Below are positions 24,805 through 32,928 of a stretch of 35,490 bases of DNA, piece after piece. Numbering within the stretch: position 1 is the stretch's first letter; the number at the start of each line of letters is the position of its first letter. The notes beneath the pieces were generated by a model. It saw only the letters and a list, made by a program, of their open reading frames with translations. It was not told the origin of the DNA and searched no databases. This DNA is from Dehalococcoidia bacterium. Its GTDB lineage: Bacteria > Chloroflexota > Dehalococcoidia > GIF9 > AB-539-J10. The stretch covers positions 1 through 35,490 of the forward strand of contig JALHUO010000052.1 of assembly GCA_022866545.1 (NCBI GenBank). Reading direction: 5' to 3'. The translations under genes were made by a program, and so were the position numbers.

Positions 24805-26006
24805 GAAGAGTCCTATCGATAGCTGCTATGTTTCTTGTTACCTTGGCTTTGCTGCCTGTTCCAGTATACGCTGCTGATACCGGCACTTATGAAATACTGA
24901 ATTACACGGTTGAACTGACTCCGTTAAGTGACGGCAGCGTGAACATGACGTACTACCAGGAATGGCTGTGCACTGGCGGTCACATACCCTGGGTGACAGT
25001 CGGGACTGCGAACGGCAAATTTGACATCATGAGTTATGGAGGCAATGTTGAGTCTGCCACGGGGCAGAGCAGCGACGGTTGGTACGGGGTCTACCTGACG
25101 CTGGATGAAGACTACACTTCCGGGGAGACATTTACCGTATCTTTTTCAATAGTCCAGCGAAACCTCCTGGAAAGGCTGACCGATGAAGGAAAGTGGAGGA
25201 TAGAGTTTATCCCCGGATGGTATGACAATTGCGTTACTGATAACCTCACCATTACATTGAACTCGCCAGTGCCGGTCAGCTCATATAGCTTTGCGCCTCA
25301 ACCTGCCCAAGTGATAGGCAGTACCGTGACGTGGCAAACCAGCCTGGATAGAGGAGACAGGTTCAACGTTAGAATGGAATCTTATGACGGAGGTTTTCTC
25401 GAGCCTGCGGAACCTGGTGGTCCCGGCTTTAATTGGCTGTGGGTATTAATACCCGTTCTCTTAGTCGGTCTTTTGCTTGTTATGGTGGCTAGAAACAGGA
25501 GAAGAGAAAGAGCTTCTACTCCGGAAGAGTACATCTTTGACGACAAGGGCAATCTGGATGACCGGCTAAAAGAGGCAAAGGAGAAATGGGATAAAGAGAA
25601 TAAAGGTAGTGAGTTCTCTGACAAGGAACAGGCCAGATTTGACGAGTTTGTGGCTGAGAAAAAACTGGAGACTGACATTAACGGTAACTACTACTACAAT
25701 GGCAACTTCATCAACCCCTGGATATTGTACTGGGCTTTAAGAAGTCCTTCTTACGTTAGACCTATTGTCGATGTATTCACAGCGAGAGGTGCAGGGGGTA
25801 GAGGCGGTTCTTCCTGCGTCGTCCGTTCCTGTGCTTGCGTCGCTTGTGCGTGTGCCTGTGCCTGTGCGTGCGCAGGAGGTGGCGCCGCTGGCTGTGCAAG
25901 GAAACTGGACTATTACGATGGTATGGAACCCGGAGACGAGGGCCACACTACGGGGAATTCCTATACGGCCAGCGGGTCTGGAGAGGACAATACAAAGGCG
26001 AAATAA
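24801..26006 (+). CDS. Signal-peptide, single-TM protein with DUF2207-like ectodomain and cytoplasmic Cys-Ala repeat tail
   Basis: MRRVLSIAAMFLVTLALLPVPVYA signal, TM WLWVLIPVLLVGLLLVMVA then RNRRRER, tail SCVVRSCACVACACACACACAGGGAAGC; ATGA overlap with the radical SAM gene. Confidence 0.88.
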   Translation: MRRVLSIAAMFLVTLALLPVPVYAADTGTYEILNYTVELTPLSDGSVNMTYYQEWLCTGGHIPWVTVGTANGKFDIMSYGGNVESATGQSSDGWYGVYLTLDEDYTSGETFTVSFSIVQRNLLERLTDEGKWRIEFIPGWYDNCVTDNLTITLNSPVPVSSYSFAPQPAQVIGSTVTWQTSLDRGDRFNVRMESYDGGFLEPAEPGGPGFNWLWVLIPVLLVGLLLVMVARNRRRERASTPEEYIFDDKGNLDDRLKEAKEKWDKENKGSEFSDKEQARFDEFVAEKKLETDINGNYYYNGNFINPWILYWALRSPSYVRPIVDVFTARGAGGRGGSSCVVRSCACVACACACACACAGGGAAGCARKLDYYDGMEPGDEGHTTGNSYTASGSGEDNTKAK

Positions 26007-26011
26007 GCAGA

Positions 26012-26192
26012 GCCCATTTCGATTTCAACGTTGCTCATAAAGGAGGTAGTCTCTCCCCTTTAAGATAAGGGGGACAAGGGGGTTATGAACAACGGGATTC
26101 GTAACTCCCCATCGCCCCGTTGCCGCAGCCTCATTGGGCGAATCGTGATACATAACCGTGACACCTACTTCTGCCCCCGATGCCAGCCTTTG
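26012..26192 (+). pseudogene. mutM 3'-end fragment (copy 3) interrupted by a palindromic insert
   Basis: AHFDFNVAHKGG (26012-26047) and PSPRCRSLIGRIVIHNRDTYFCPRCQPL match mutM AHFDFKVAHKGG-EPCPVCDSTIERVAVQNRGTCFCPRCQPL. Confidence 0.88.
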
Positions 26193-26286
26193 GGTTGCGA
26201 GCCCTGGACACCGAAGGTGGCAGCGGTACAGTGTCTGCAGAGAAAACGAAAAGGGGCACAGCAAGTAATACTGACCTCATCGTTCA

Positions 26287-26721
26287 CTAGGCTGCAAGAA
26301 CCTTCTGTGGGAAGTCGCTGTTACCGATTTTGTATGCCAATTTCCCGTCTGTTCCCGAGACTGCATACTTTTCCCGGGCGGAGCGTGAAATCCCAATCCA
26401 CTTCGTCCGGTCCATATTTCCCACCATTATAAGTTGGGCAACTTCTTGGTAGTCCAAACAACAAATGCCATCATCGTTACAAATCAGTACGACGAACACA
26501 GCTTCAGTATTGTTGTGAATCTCTGCAATTTCGCTCAAATGCTCGGGCAGGAAAGTAAAGTGCCAAGGGGAAAGACGCTTGGTACTATGCTTGAGGTAGA
26601 TGCAGGATTTCTTGTTCACCAAGTAGCAGTGGTTTCCTTTGTACAATTCTGTGCCGTGTGTCCGGTGGTCTTGGACAAGTCGGACTAAAGCGCTGCCGTG
26701 GAAGAAGCTATAGTCGTACAT
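26287..26721 (-). CDS. Hypothetical protein coupled to the Z1-domain gene
   Basis: 144-aa ORF, TAATG stop/start overlap with the upstream gene. Confidence 0.8.
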   Translation of the reverse strand: MYDYSFFHGSALVRLVQDHRTHGTELYKGNHCYLVNKKSCIYLKHSTKRLSPWHFTFLPEHLSEIAEIHNNTEAVFVVLICNDDGICCLDYQEVAQLIMVGNMDRTKWIGISRSAREKYAVSGTDGKLAYKIGNSDFPQKVLAA

Positions 26722-28580
26722 TAGCTCAATTTTCGCCTGAAATTCGTGAGAAACTGAACCTTGCCAACGTAGCTGTACACCATTCGGGCTTCGTCTCTGG
26801 TGTTGGCATGTATCATGAAATGATGCACGGCGTTTGGATATCTGTTGGTGTCCTGGCCGCCAAGGAGACCCTTAGGTCTATATAGAGTGTCATGGTAATC
26901 TGTGTCTTTTCCGACTCGGCGGATAGGGTGGAGGGCAATATTACCTGGATACGAGTTGATTTGTATGAAGCTGATGACGTAGGCAGGAAGGACTTTGTCT
27001 CCGCAAACGTCGTGTATCTTCTGCAGTCGGTCTATTTCGCTCAGCCGCCGGTCGCTTACGACTTTTTCTATGTCTTCATTGAGCGTGAACTTGGCAAAAT
27101 ACATTTCACCTGCGTCTGTTACGACCGAACTCCTGTCAATGCTCCCCGGTGCCACAGGTTGTATTCTCTGGTCTGATATCCAAACCGGGGCTTTGTTATC
27201 GGCTCTTATTGCCTCCAGCGATAATTGGTGATAGACGAAACATCTATGCCAGTCTAGGTAAAGCTGCTCCGGTATAAAGAGCTCAAAATACTTCAGGTAT
27301 CTGCCGCGATTTCCAAACATGCGAGCTCTTTGGATATACGTATCTTGCTGCATCTTGTGCTTGACATCGCGCGTAAAGAACATGCCGATTAGGTTGTTGA
27401 AAGTGATTCCTCTGGATATTATGTTGCCACCGATCACTACAGTGAACAACGCCGGGGGATTTGTCAGATTAAGGGAGACTCTTTCCCTTAGTTTGGTTTC
27501 GGCATTAAGTACTGCTGTCACCTTTCTACGAATATTCGACAGGACAAATATGACTATAGCGTCTGCCTTGTCTGAACCATATTTGTTTGACGCACTTGCA
27601 TGCATGTACCTAACGTACCTTTCGAAATGTTTGTTGGTGTCACTAGACAAAGCATCAATAACCTCGTTTACAGTTCGCTCGTCGGTTCTATGGTCTGCGG
27701 TCTTTCCACTGGTATGAACGAGGAAGGTGAAGTGTGCGTTTTGTTGGCCATTCAATTTCAGTTGGTCTCTTAAGGTAGTATCGAAGAGGTTAATGTATGC
27801 TGCGTTCACAAAGAAACTCAAGAGTGCTTCCCTTAGGTAAGTAGGATCATCTCCCGTAGGGGGGAGGCAATATATGGAATGTTCTTGGGGCTTGAAATCA
27901 ATCGGGAAGAATACTTCCTTACCTACGTAGTCTCCATGTGGAGCGAAGTGGACCCAGTCCTCTGTGATGTTGTCGAACGTATTGTTGAGGTCTAGACGGG
28001 CAGGCGTTGCAGTCACTCCAATATAAATGCCGTCGCCATTTAGCAACCTGTAAATTGCATTGTTGATAGCTGTTCTTTCGTTTCTGTTGACCTTTGCGTT
28101 CGGGGACGCAAAGTCGGCTTCATCGTCAATTACTATCTTGTTGGGTTTGCCTCTTAACTTCTCTATTAGTCGCTCGAGGTCTTTAATATTCTTCTTACAG
28201 AATATTATCCAGGTCTTGTCTCCGATATTCTCGTTCGGGATTCCGGATATTTCTACTGGCACTGGGTCAATACCTGAGTTAACAAACCTTTCTAAGTTCT
28301 GCTGCAGTAGCTGGAGGTTATCATTGAGAAGTATGACAACTATCTTGTGGCCTTTGTCTAGTAGTGCAGCTGTCAAAGAGATCATCATTTCAGTCTTGCC
28401 ACACTGTGGTTCTCCATAGACAATGAACGAGTTCTTGTTTGCGGTTATTCTTGTGAGGGCTTCCATAACGGTGTTTTCAACGTTGTCAGTCTGCAAGCCT
28501 TGTGACGTCATCCTCTCTTGTTGCCGAGGGTATCTTATGTTCTCGATATTCAAGTTTCTAAACTTGCTAATATCAATCAT
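26721..28580 (-). CDS. Z1-domain SF2 helicase-like protein (putative defence component)
   Basis: GEPQCGKT Walker A, IDDEADFAS Walker B, YIGVTATP, VIGGNIISRGITF, DTYIQRARMFGNR; GGGAG RBS before ATG 28580. Confidence 0.85.
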   Translation of the reverse strand: MIDISKFRNLNIENIRYPRQQERMTSQGLQTDNVENTVMEALTRITANKNSFIVYGEPQCGKTEMMISLTAALLDKGHKIVVILLNDNLQLLQQNLERFVNSGIDPVPVEISGIPNENIGDKTWIIFCKKNIKDLERLIEKLRGKPNKIVIDDEADFASPNAKVNRNERTAINNAIYRLLNGDGIYIGVTATPARLDLNNTFDNITEDWVHFAPHGDYVGKEVFFPIDFKPQEHSIYCLPPTGDDPTYLREALLSFFVNAAYINLFDTTLRDQLKLNGQQNAHFTFLVHTSGKTADHRTDERTVNEVIDALSSDTNKHFERYVRYMHASASNKYGSDKADAIVIFVLSNIRRKVTAVLNAETKLRERVSLNLTNPPALFTVVIGGNIISRGITFNNLIGMFFTRDVKHKMQQDTYIQRARMFGNRGRYLKYFELFIPEQLYLDWHRCFVYHQLSLEAIRADNKAPVWISDQRIQPVAPGSIDRSSVVTDAGEMYFAKFTLNEDIEKVVSDRRLSEIDRLQKIHDVCGDKVLPAYVISFIQINSYPGNIALHPIRRVGKDTDYHDTLYRPKGLLGGQDTNRYPNAVHHFMIHANTRDEARMVYSYVGKVQFLTNFRRKLS

Positions 28581-28856
28581 GTTCGTCGCTCCCGACATTC
28601 GCTTTTGGATATCTCCCATCGGTATGTGGCCCCCTGTTATTGATATAATCATAACACGAAGGACTATTGATTGTGAGAAAAGCTGGGCTAGGACCAGTGA
28701 CCGAGGGTTGCGAGAAACAAAGGCTATCGGCTCTTCTTTTTCACTTGATACGGGATTAGTGTCCCGATTACCTTAGCATCCGGCTTTGATTGGTATTCTT
28801 CCTCGTGCGGGCCGGCTATTTCATAGCCATGTTGACGGAAGGCCTACCTCGAATTA

Positions 28857-29084
28857 CTATCTTCTGTTTCTAATAGCTTCCATTACCGAAAGAAGAACTC
28901 CGACGCCTATGAGAGAGTAACCTATCGCACGAGAATCACCGAAAATAATCCCCAGAACCACCAGGCACATACCGACTATAGCGAGGTTTGATGGTTGTTG
29001 ATATTGCCTTCCCCTGGCTATAAGCAAAAGCACCACAATAACAACCAGGGCAACGATTGAAATGGCTATCCACAAGGGTTCCAT
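28857..29084 (-). CDS. Small membrane protein
   Basis: 75 aa, two to three hydrophobic helices; AAGGAGGT RBS. Confidence 0.8.
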   Translation of the reverse strand: MEPLWIAISIVALVVIVVLLLIARGRQYQQPSNLAIVGMCLVVLGIIFGDSRAIGYSLIGVGVLLSVMEAIRNRR

Positions 29085-29310
29085 AAATACCTCCTTTTAG
29101 AAGTACTGCCTACTTTCAAAGATTATAGCACTGAGAGCAAAGAGAAGATAGGCTATTACCGGAGAAAAACATCGGGATGTATCTTAGTTCATAGTAGAAG
29201 AAGACGCACACAGGAAGCCTATCGGTAAAAGTCGCTACTTAGGAAAGCAATGATGCCTGCGATTCTTCCCTAACAGACGATGCAGTTACGTGGGATTGCC
29301 CCCCCGAAAC

Positions 29311-29562
29311 TTATTGCTGTTTCCTGCTCTCCAAGAAGGCTCGTATCATCGATACTTCCATACATACTATGACAAGGATCAACCCAAAGGATAAGACGAG
29401 CCATATTATGGGTGTGAAACCGCCAAGCCTCACATCTAAGGCTGCAGTGACGATGCCGACAACCAATAAGGCCAATGCCGGCCATTCGAGGAGATTATGA
29501 TATCGCGTAAACTTCTTGCTCTCTATCTCATAGATTTCTTCTTTAGACTTCTCATTTGCCAT
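29311..29562 (-). CDS. Small two-TM membrane protein
   Basis: Charged N-terminus then two hydrophobic helices; AGGTG RBS before ATG 29562. Confidence 0.7.
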   Translation of the reverse strand: MANEKSKEEIYEIESKKFTRYHNLLEWPALALLVVGIVTAALDVRLGGFTPIIWLVLSFGLILVIVCMEVSMIRAFLESRKQQ

Positions 29563-29912
29563 AAGTTCACCTGCCAACGTTGGCTAAGTCGGAGAATACC
29601 CTAAATATATCGGATATGCCGATAATGGACACAAAGATCTCAAACTACTCCTGCTTTGCAGACACCAAGGCCCACTTTTCCCTGTGACTACCTCCTTTGG
29701 ACGCAGAGCGTTTCTACTGGGCAGATTCTATCACAGGGCTGTCAGCCACGATGCCACGGGCATTAGAAACGTAGTTCCCATAGAGCTAGCTTTGCCTGTG
29801 ACTGTGCAGATATCGGGAAGTGAGGGGACCCCTTCCGTTTCCTTACAACGGTGCGTGCAGAGATCTGATACTATGATGCTTGCTTATTCCAGAGAACGAT
29901 TGCTGGATTCTT

Positions 29913-30068
29913 CTACTTCTGAAGCACGGCAGCCGATAACACCAGCAATGCAACACCCAGCAGCACGATGGTTGTCTGTGCAGACACTGTGTTCAGAATA
30001 GCCAGCAGTATAGACACAATACTCAGCACAACAGCTACGGCAATACATATTCCCTTGCCCCTGTTCAT
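29913..30068 (-). CDS. Small two-TM membrane protein (51 aa, absent from the ORF track)
   Basis: GAAGGGAG RBS then MNRGKGICIAVAVVLSIVSILLAILNTVSAQTTIVLLGVALLVLSAAVLQK-stop. Confidence 0.72.
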   Translation of the reverse strand: MNRGKGICIAVAVVLSIVSILLAILNTVSAQTTIVLLGVALLVLSAAVLQK

Positions 30069-30162
30069 AGCAAGTTCTCCCTTCTAGTAGTCATAGGTCA
30101 TTTACTCCAATATCCTGTTCGATCCCGGTGCACTCGACCTGTTTGCGGATATTGCCGAAGGC

Positions 30163-30867
30163 TCATTGGCCAAACCATGATTTCAGGGCCACAGGGTCCT
30201 CAACCTCCATTATTCTCAGTATGTCCCTGTGCATCCCACTTTTCAATTTAGTAACTATCGGTCTTTCCTTGTTCAGTCCCCTGGCAAAGGACATCGCTTC
30301 GCTCATTAGTGCGTCCATAGTGCAGGCTTTCACTATAACATGGCGTGCTTCGCACTCCTCAGCCGTCAGTCTCCTGGCAGTGAGCTGCATATCTTCTACT
30401 AGATCCATCGGTATGGCTTTCTTCATCAAGGCGGTGAAGCTGGGGATAAATGGTATGCCGAGGTCCACCTCGGGAAAGCAAAGGTACCCGCGACCTTTCC
30501 TCATGAAACGGAAATCGAAACAACATGCCAGCACGGCTCCGCCCGCAAAGGCGTGGCCGGTAATCGCAGCCACAGTAATCATAGGATAGAAAAGCATGGT
30601 CTTGAAGAGTTCTGTCAGCTTTGTGGTGAAAGCATCCGCGACACTTCTTTCGCCTTTCTGAATAAGCGGCAATAGCCAGTCAAGGTCCAGGCCGTTGGAC
30701 CATATCTTCTCGTCGCTTGACCTGACTATCAATGCCTTAGCATCCGTATCCTTTTCTATTTCCTTCAGCACCGATAGAAATTCGGTGACGGAACTCATAT
30801 TGAATTTGCTCTCATTCATGGTAAGCAAAGCCACCTGTCCATCCAGCCTGTATTCATACATACCCAT
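30163..30867 (-). CDS. Enoyl-CoA hydratase/isomerase family protein (delta3,delta2-isomerase-like)
   Basis: WSNGLDLDW, AAITGHAFAGG, CFPEVDLG; AGGAGGT RBS before ATG 30867. Confidence 0.9.
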   Translation of the reverse strand: MGMYEYRLDGQVALLTMNESKFNMSSVTEFLSVLKEIEKDTDAKALIVRSSDEKIWSNGLDLDWLLPLIQKGERSVADAFTTKLTELFKTMLFYPMITVAAITGHAFAGGAVLACCFDFRFMRKGRGYLCFPEVDLGIPFIPSFTALMKKAIPMDLVEDMQLTARRLTAEECEARHVIVKACTMDALMSEAMSFARGLNKERPIVTKLKSGMHRDILRIMEVEDPVALKSWFGQ

Positions 30868-30983
30868 TATCGGATACCTCCTGACAGCGAAACTAAGCCT
30901 ATCCCATAGCTTCGTGGCTGTCAATTACGGTGGGGCGTAGCAGAGATCAGAGTCGTCGGGCGGCTTTCCGAGGGTCTGCGTGG

Positions 30984-31007
30984 TGAGGCGACAAAACAGG
31001 CTTTTGT
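30984..31007. repeat. Short hairpin repeat, copy 2
   Basis: TGAGGCGACAAAACAGGCTTTTGT, 23/24 identical to 15227-15250. Confidence 0.7.
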
Positions 31008-31053
31008 TACTTGCCACTGCGCCTCGGTTTTATGAATTCTTCTCTTTTACTGT

Positions 31054-31545
31054 CTAGGGCCAGCCAGGTTCGATGGTATCTTGATATGCAGTTATGAGGT
31101 CAGTGCTGTTCATCACTATATTGCCGTCCGCTACCTCATACGGAACTGAGGCCTTGGGATAATTGACACAAGCTCCGCTGATTCCCGCACCTGTTTGCGC
31201 ATTGAACTTAGTTGCACATCTGTCGCATACCAGGATGTCGCCGTCGAGAGAAAAGCCTATGGAGTGACACGGCGGGCAAACATTCGCCCGGACATAGATT
31301 TCTTCAGCCAATACATAGGCCATGAAATTCATGTCGCCGTCTTGCGTCTCCACGCCAAAGCGCACATTCGTTAAGTTCTGGACTTCACTTACTGGAATGG
31401 ATACAATGCCGTCCGTCACCTGAGGCTCAATCAATGTTGCCTTTATTGGCCCCGATGGTGGCGGATTAGAGATTGAGCCAGAACAGCCAGCAACGATTAG
31501 TGCTAACGTAAGTAATAGCGCTCCCACTATTGTTATTCTCAACAT
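31054..31545 (-). CDS. DUF2318-like (FtrD-like) Cys-ligand lipoprotein, paralog 2
   Basis: Lipobox VAGC; CPPC...LVCDRC...GAC.NYP; AAGGAG RBS before ATG 31545. Confidence 0.82.
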   Translation of the reverse strand: MLRITIVGALLLTLALIVAGCSGSISNPPPSGPIKATLIEPQVTDGIVSIPVSEVQNLTNVRFGVETQDGDMNFMAYVLAEEIYVRANVCPPCHSIGFSLDGDILVCDRCATKFNAQTGAGISGACVNYPKASVPYEVADGNIVMNSTDLITAYQDTIEPGWP

Positions 31546-31642
31546 CTGTTTATTCTCCTTTCTGTCCTGATGAGTTTCTATTTGTGCTCTCTCTTTCTTG
31601 ACCATACCTTTATTCACTCTCTGCCTTCCTCTTGTGATACCC

Positions 31643-32239
31643 CTATGGGCCGCAACAACTCGGAGGCCTGGGTTTGTCAGCGCTGCTGCAACAACCTGGG
31701 GCAGTTGGTGTGCCGGAGCCGCCGTGGCAACTGGGAGTGGGCGCCTCGCCTGATTGTGTTGCATTGACGGTATCCTGATATGCAGTTATGAGGTCAGTGC
31801 TGTTCATCACTATATTGCCGTCCGCTACCTCATACGGAACTGAGGCCTTGGGATAATTGACACAAGCTCCGCTGATTCCCGCACCTGTTTGCGCCTTGAA
31901 CGTAGTCGCACATCTGTCGCATACCAGGATGTCGCCGTCAAGAGAAAAGCCTATGGAGTGACACGGTGGACAAATATTGGCCCGGACATAGATTTCTCCG
32001 TTCAAGTCGTAAGCCATGAAGGTCATATCGTTATCCTGTGCCCTAAAATCAAAGTGGGTTATCGTGTAATTTTCGACTGCACTTATTGGAATAGATATGA
32101 TCTCGCCAACTACCTGCGGCTCAATCCACGTCGCTTCTATGCGCTGGCCATTTTGTGTGCCGTTACCACTACATGCGACTATGCTCGAAACCAGTATGAG
32201 CGACAGCAGCACCAGGACGGGTATTATCTTCTTCAACAT
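31643..32239 (-). CDS. DUF2318-like lipoprotein, paralog 1, with Cys-rich C-terminal tail
   Basis: Lipobox IVAC; CPPC...CDRC...GAC; tail SCHGG..GCCSS..PSCCGP. Confidence 0.82.
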   Translation of the reverse strand: MLKKIIPVLVLLSLILVSSIVACSGNGTQNGQRIEATWIEPQVVGEIISIPISAVENYTITHFDFRAQDNDMTFMAYDLNGEIYVRANICPPCHSIGFSLDGDILVCDRCATTFKAQTGAGISGACVNYPKASVPYEVADGNIVMNSTDLITAYQDTVNATQSGEAPTPSCHGGSGTPTAPGCCSSADKPRPPSCCGP

Positions 32240-32919
32240 TTATTGCCTCCTTTTTGACTAATCTTGTCCACGATTTGACCATCTTGGAGAACTACGACTT
32301 CTCCGGCATACCCCGCTATCTCAGGGTCATGAGTGACCATGACAATGCTGCGACCTTCTCTGTTCAGTTGACCGAACAAAGCTAAGATTTCCTTTCCCGT
32401 TTTCCGGTCCATATTGCCTGTTGGCTCGTCCGCCAGAATGAGAGACGGGTCATTGACCAGGGCCCTGGCAATTGCCACTCTCTGTTGCTCGCCGCCGCTT
32501 AACTGGCTGGGCTTGTGTTCAGCCCTTTTTTCCAGCCCCACTCTTTTCAAGATAGCCAATGCCTTCTGGCTTCCATTATTCGCCCCGCAGAACGTCAAAG
32601 GCAAAAGGACATTTTCAAGAGCAGTAAGCGACGGAATCAGATGATATTGCTGAAAAACGTAGGCAATCTTGCCCCTTCTGACATCAACAAGGGCATTCTC
32701 ATCCAGGCCGTCGATGCGCTTGCCATCCAGGATCACTTCGCCACTGGAGATATGGTCCAGACCGCCGATGATATTCAGAAGAGTGGACTTCCCGCTTCCG
32801 GAAGGTCCCATAACGGCTATGAAATCACCTTCATTCACGAGAAGAGAGATGTTATTCAAGGCAACTACTTTGGCTGTGCCTTCTCCGTAGACTTTCGATA
32901 CGTTTTTGACTTCTAGCAT
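32233..32919 (-). CDS. ABC transporter ATP-binding protein (LolD/MacB-like)
   Basis: [30 protein letters not shown]. Confidence 0.95.
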   Translation of the reverse strand: MLEVKNVSKVYGEGTAKVVALNNISLLVNEGDFIAVMGPSGSGKSTLLNIIGGLDHISSGEVILDGKRIDGLDENALVDVRRGKIAYVFQQYHLIPSLTALENVLLPLTFCGANNGSQKALAILKRVGLEKRAEHKPSQLSGGEQQRVAIARALVNDPSLILADEPTGNMDRKTGKEILALFGQLNREGRSIVMVTHDPEIAGYAGEVVVLQDGQIVDKISQKGGNKC

Positions 32920-32928
32920 TCTGCCACC

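Noticed and set aside
25829-25874. TGTGC-like tract as a phase-variable microsatellite
   Set aside because: Synonymous codon variation breaks the periodicity, pointing to protein-level selection.
26085-26432. 115-aa ORF containing FCPRCQP as a stand-alone zinc-finger gene
   Set aside because: Starts inside the palindromic insert, lacks the first zinc-finger Cys and overlaps the convergent gene; better explained as a mutM remnant.
29684-30001. 105-aa plus-strand ORF
   Set aside because: No RBS or motif, and it overlaps a better-supported 51-aa minus-strand membrane ORF.
31546-31764. N-terminal extension of ORF 31054..31764
   Set aside because: Overlaps the upstream paralog; RBS and lipoprotein signal support a start at 31545.
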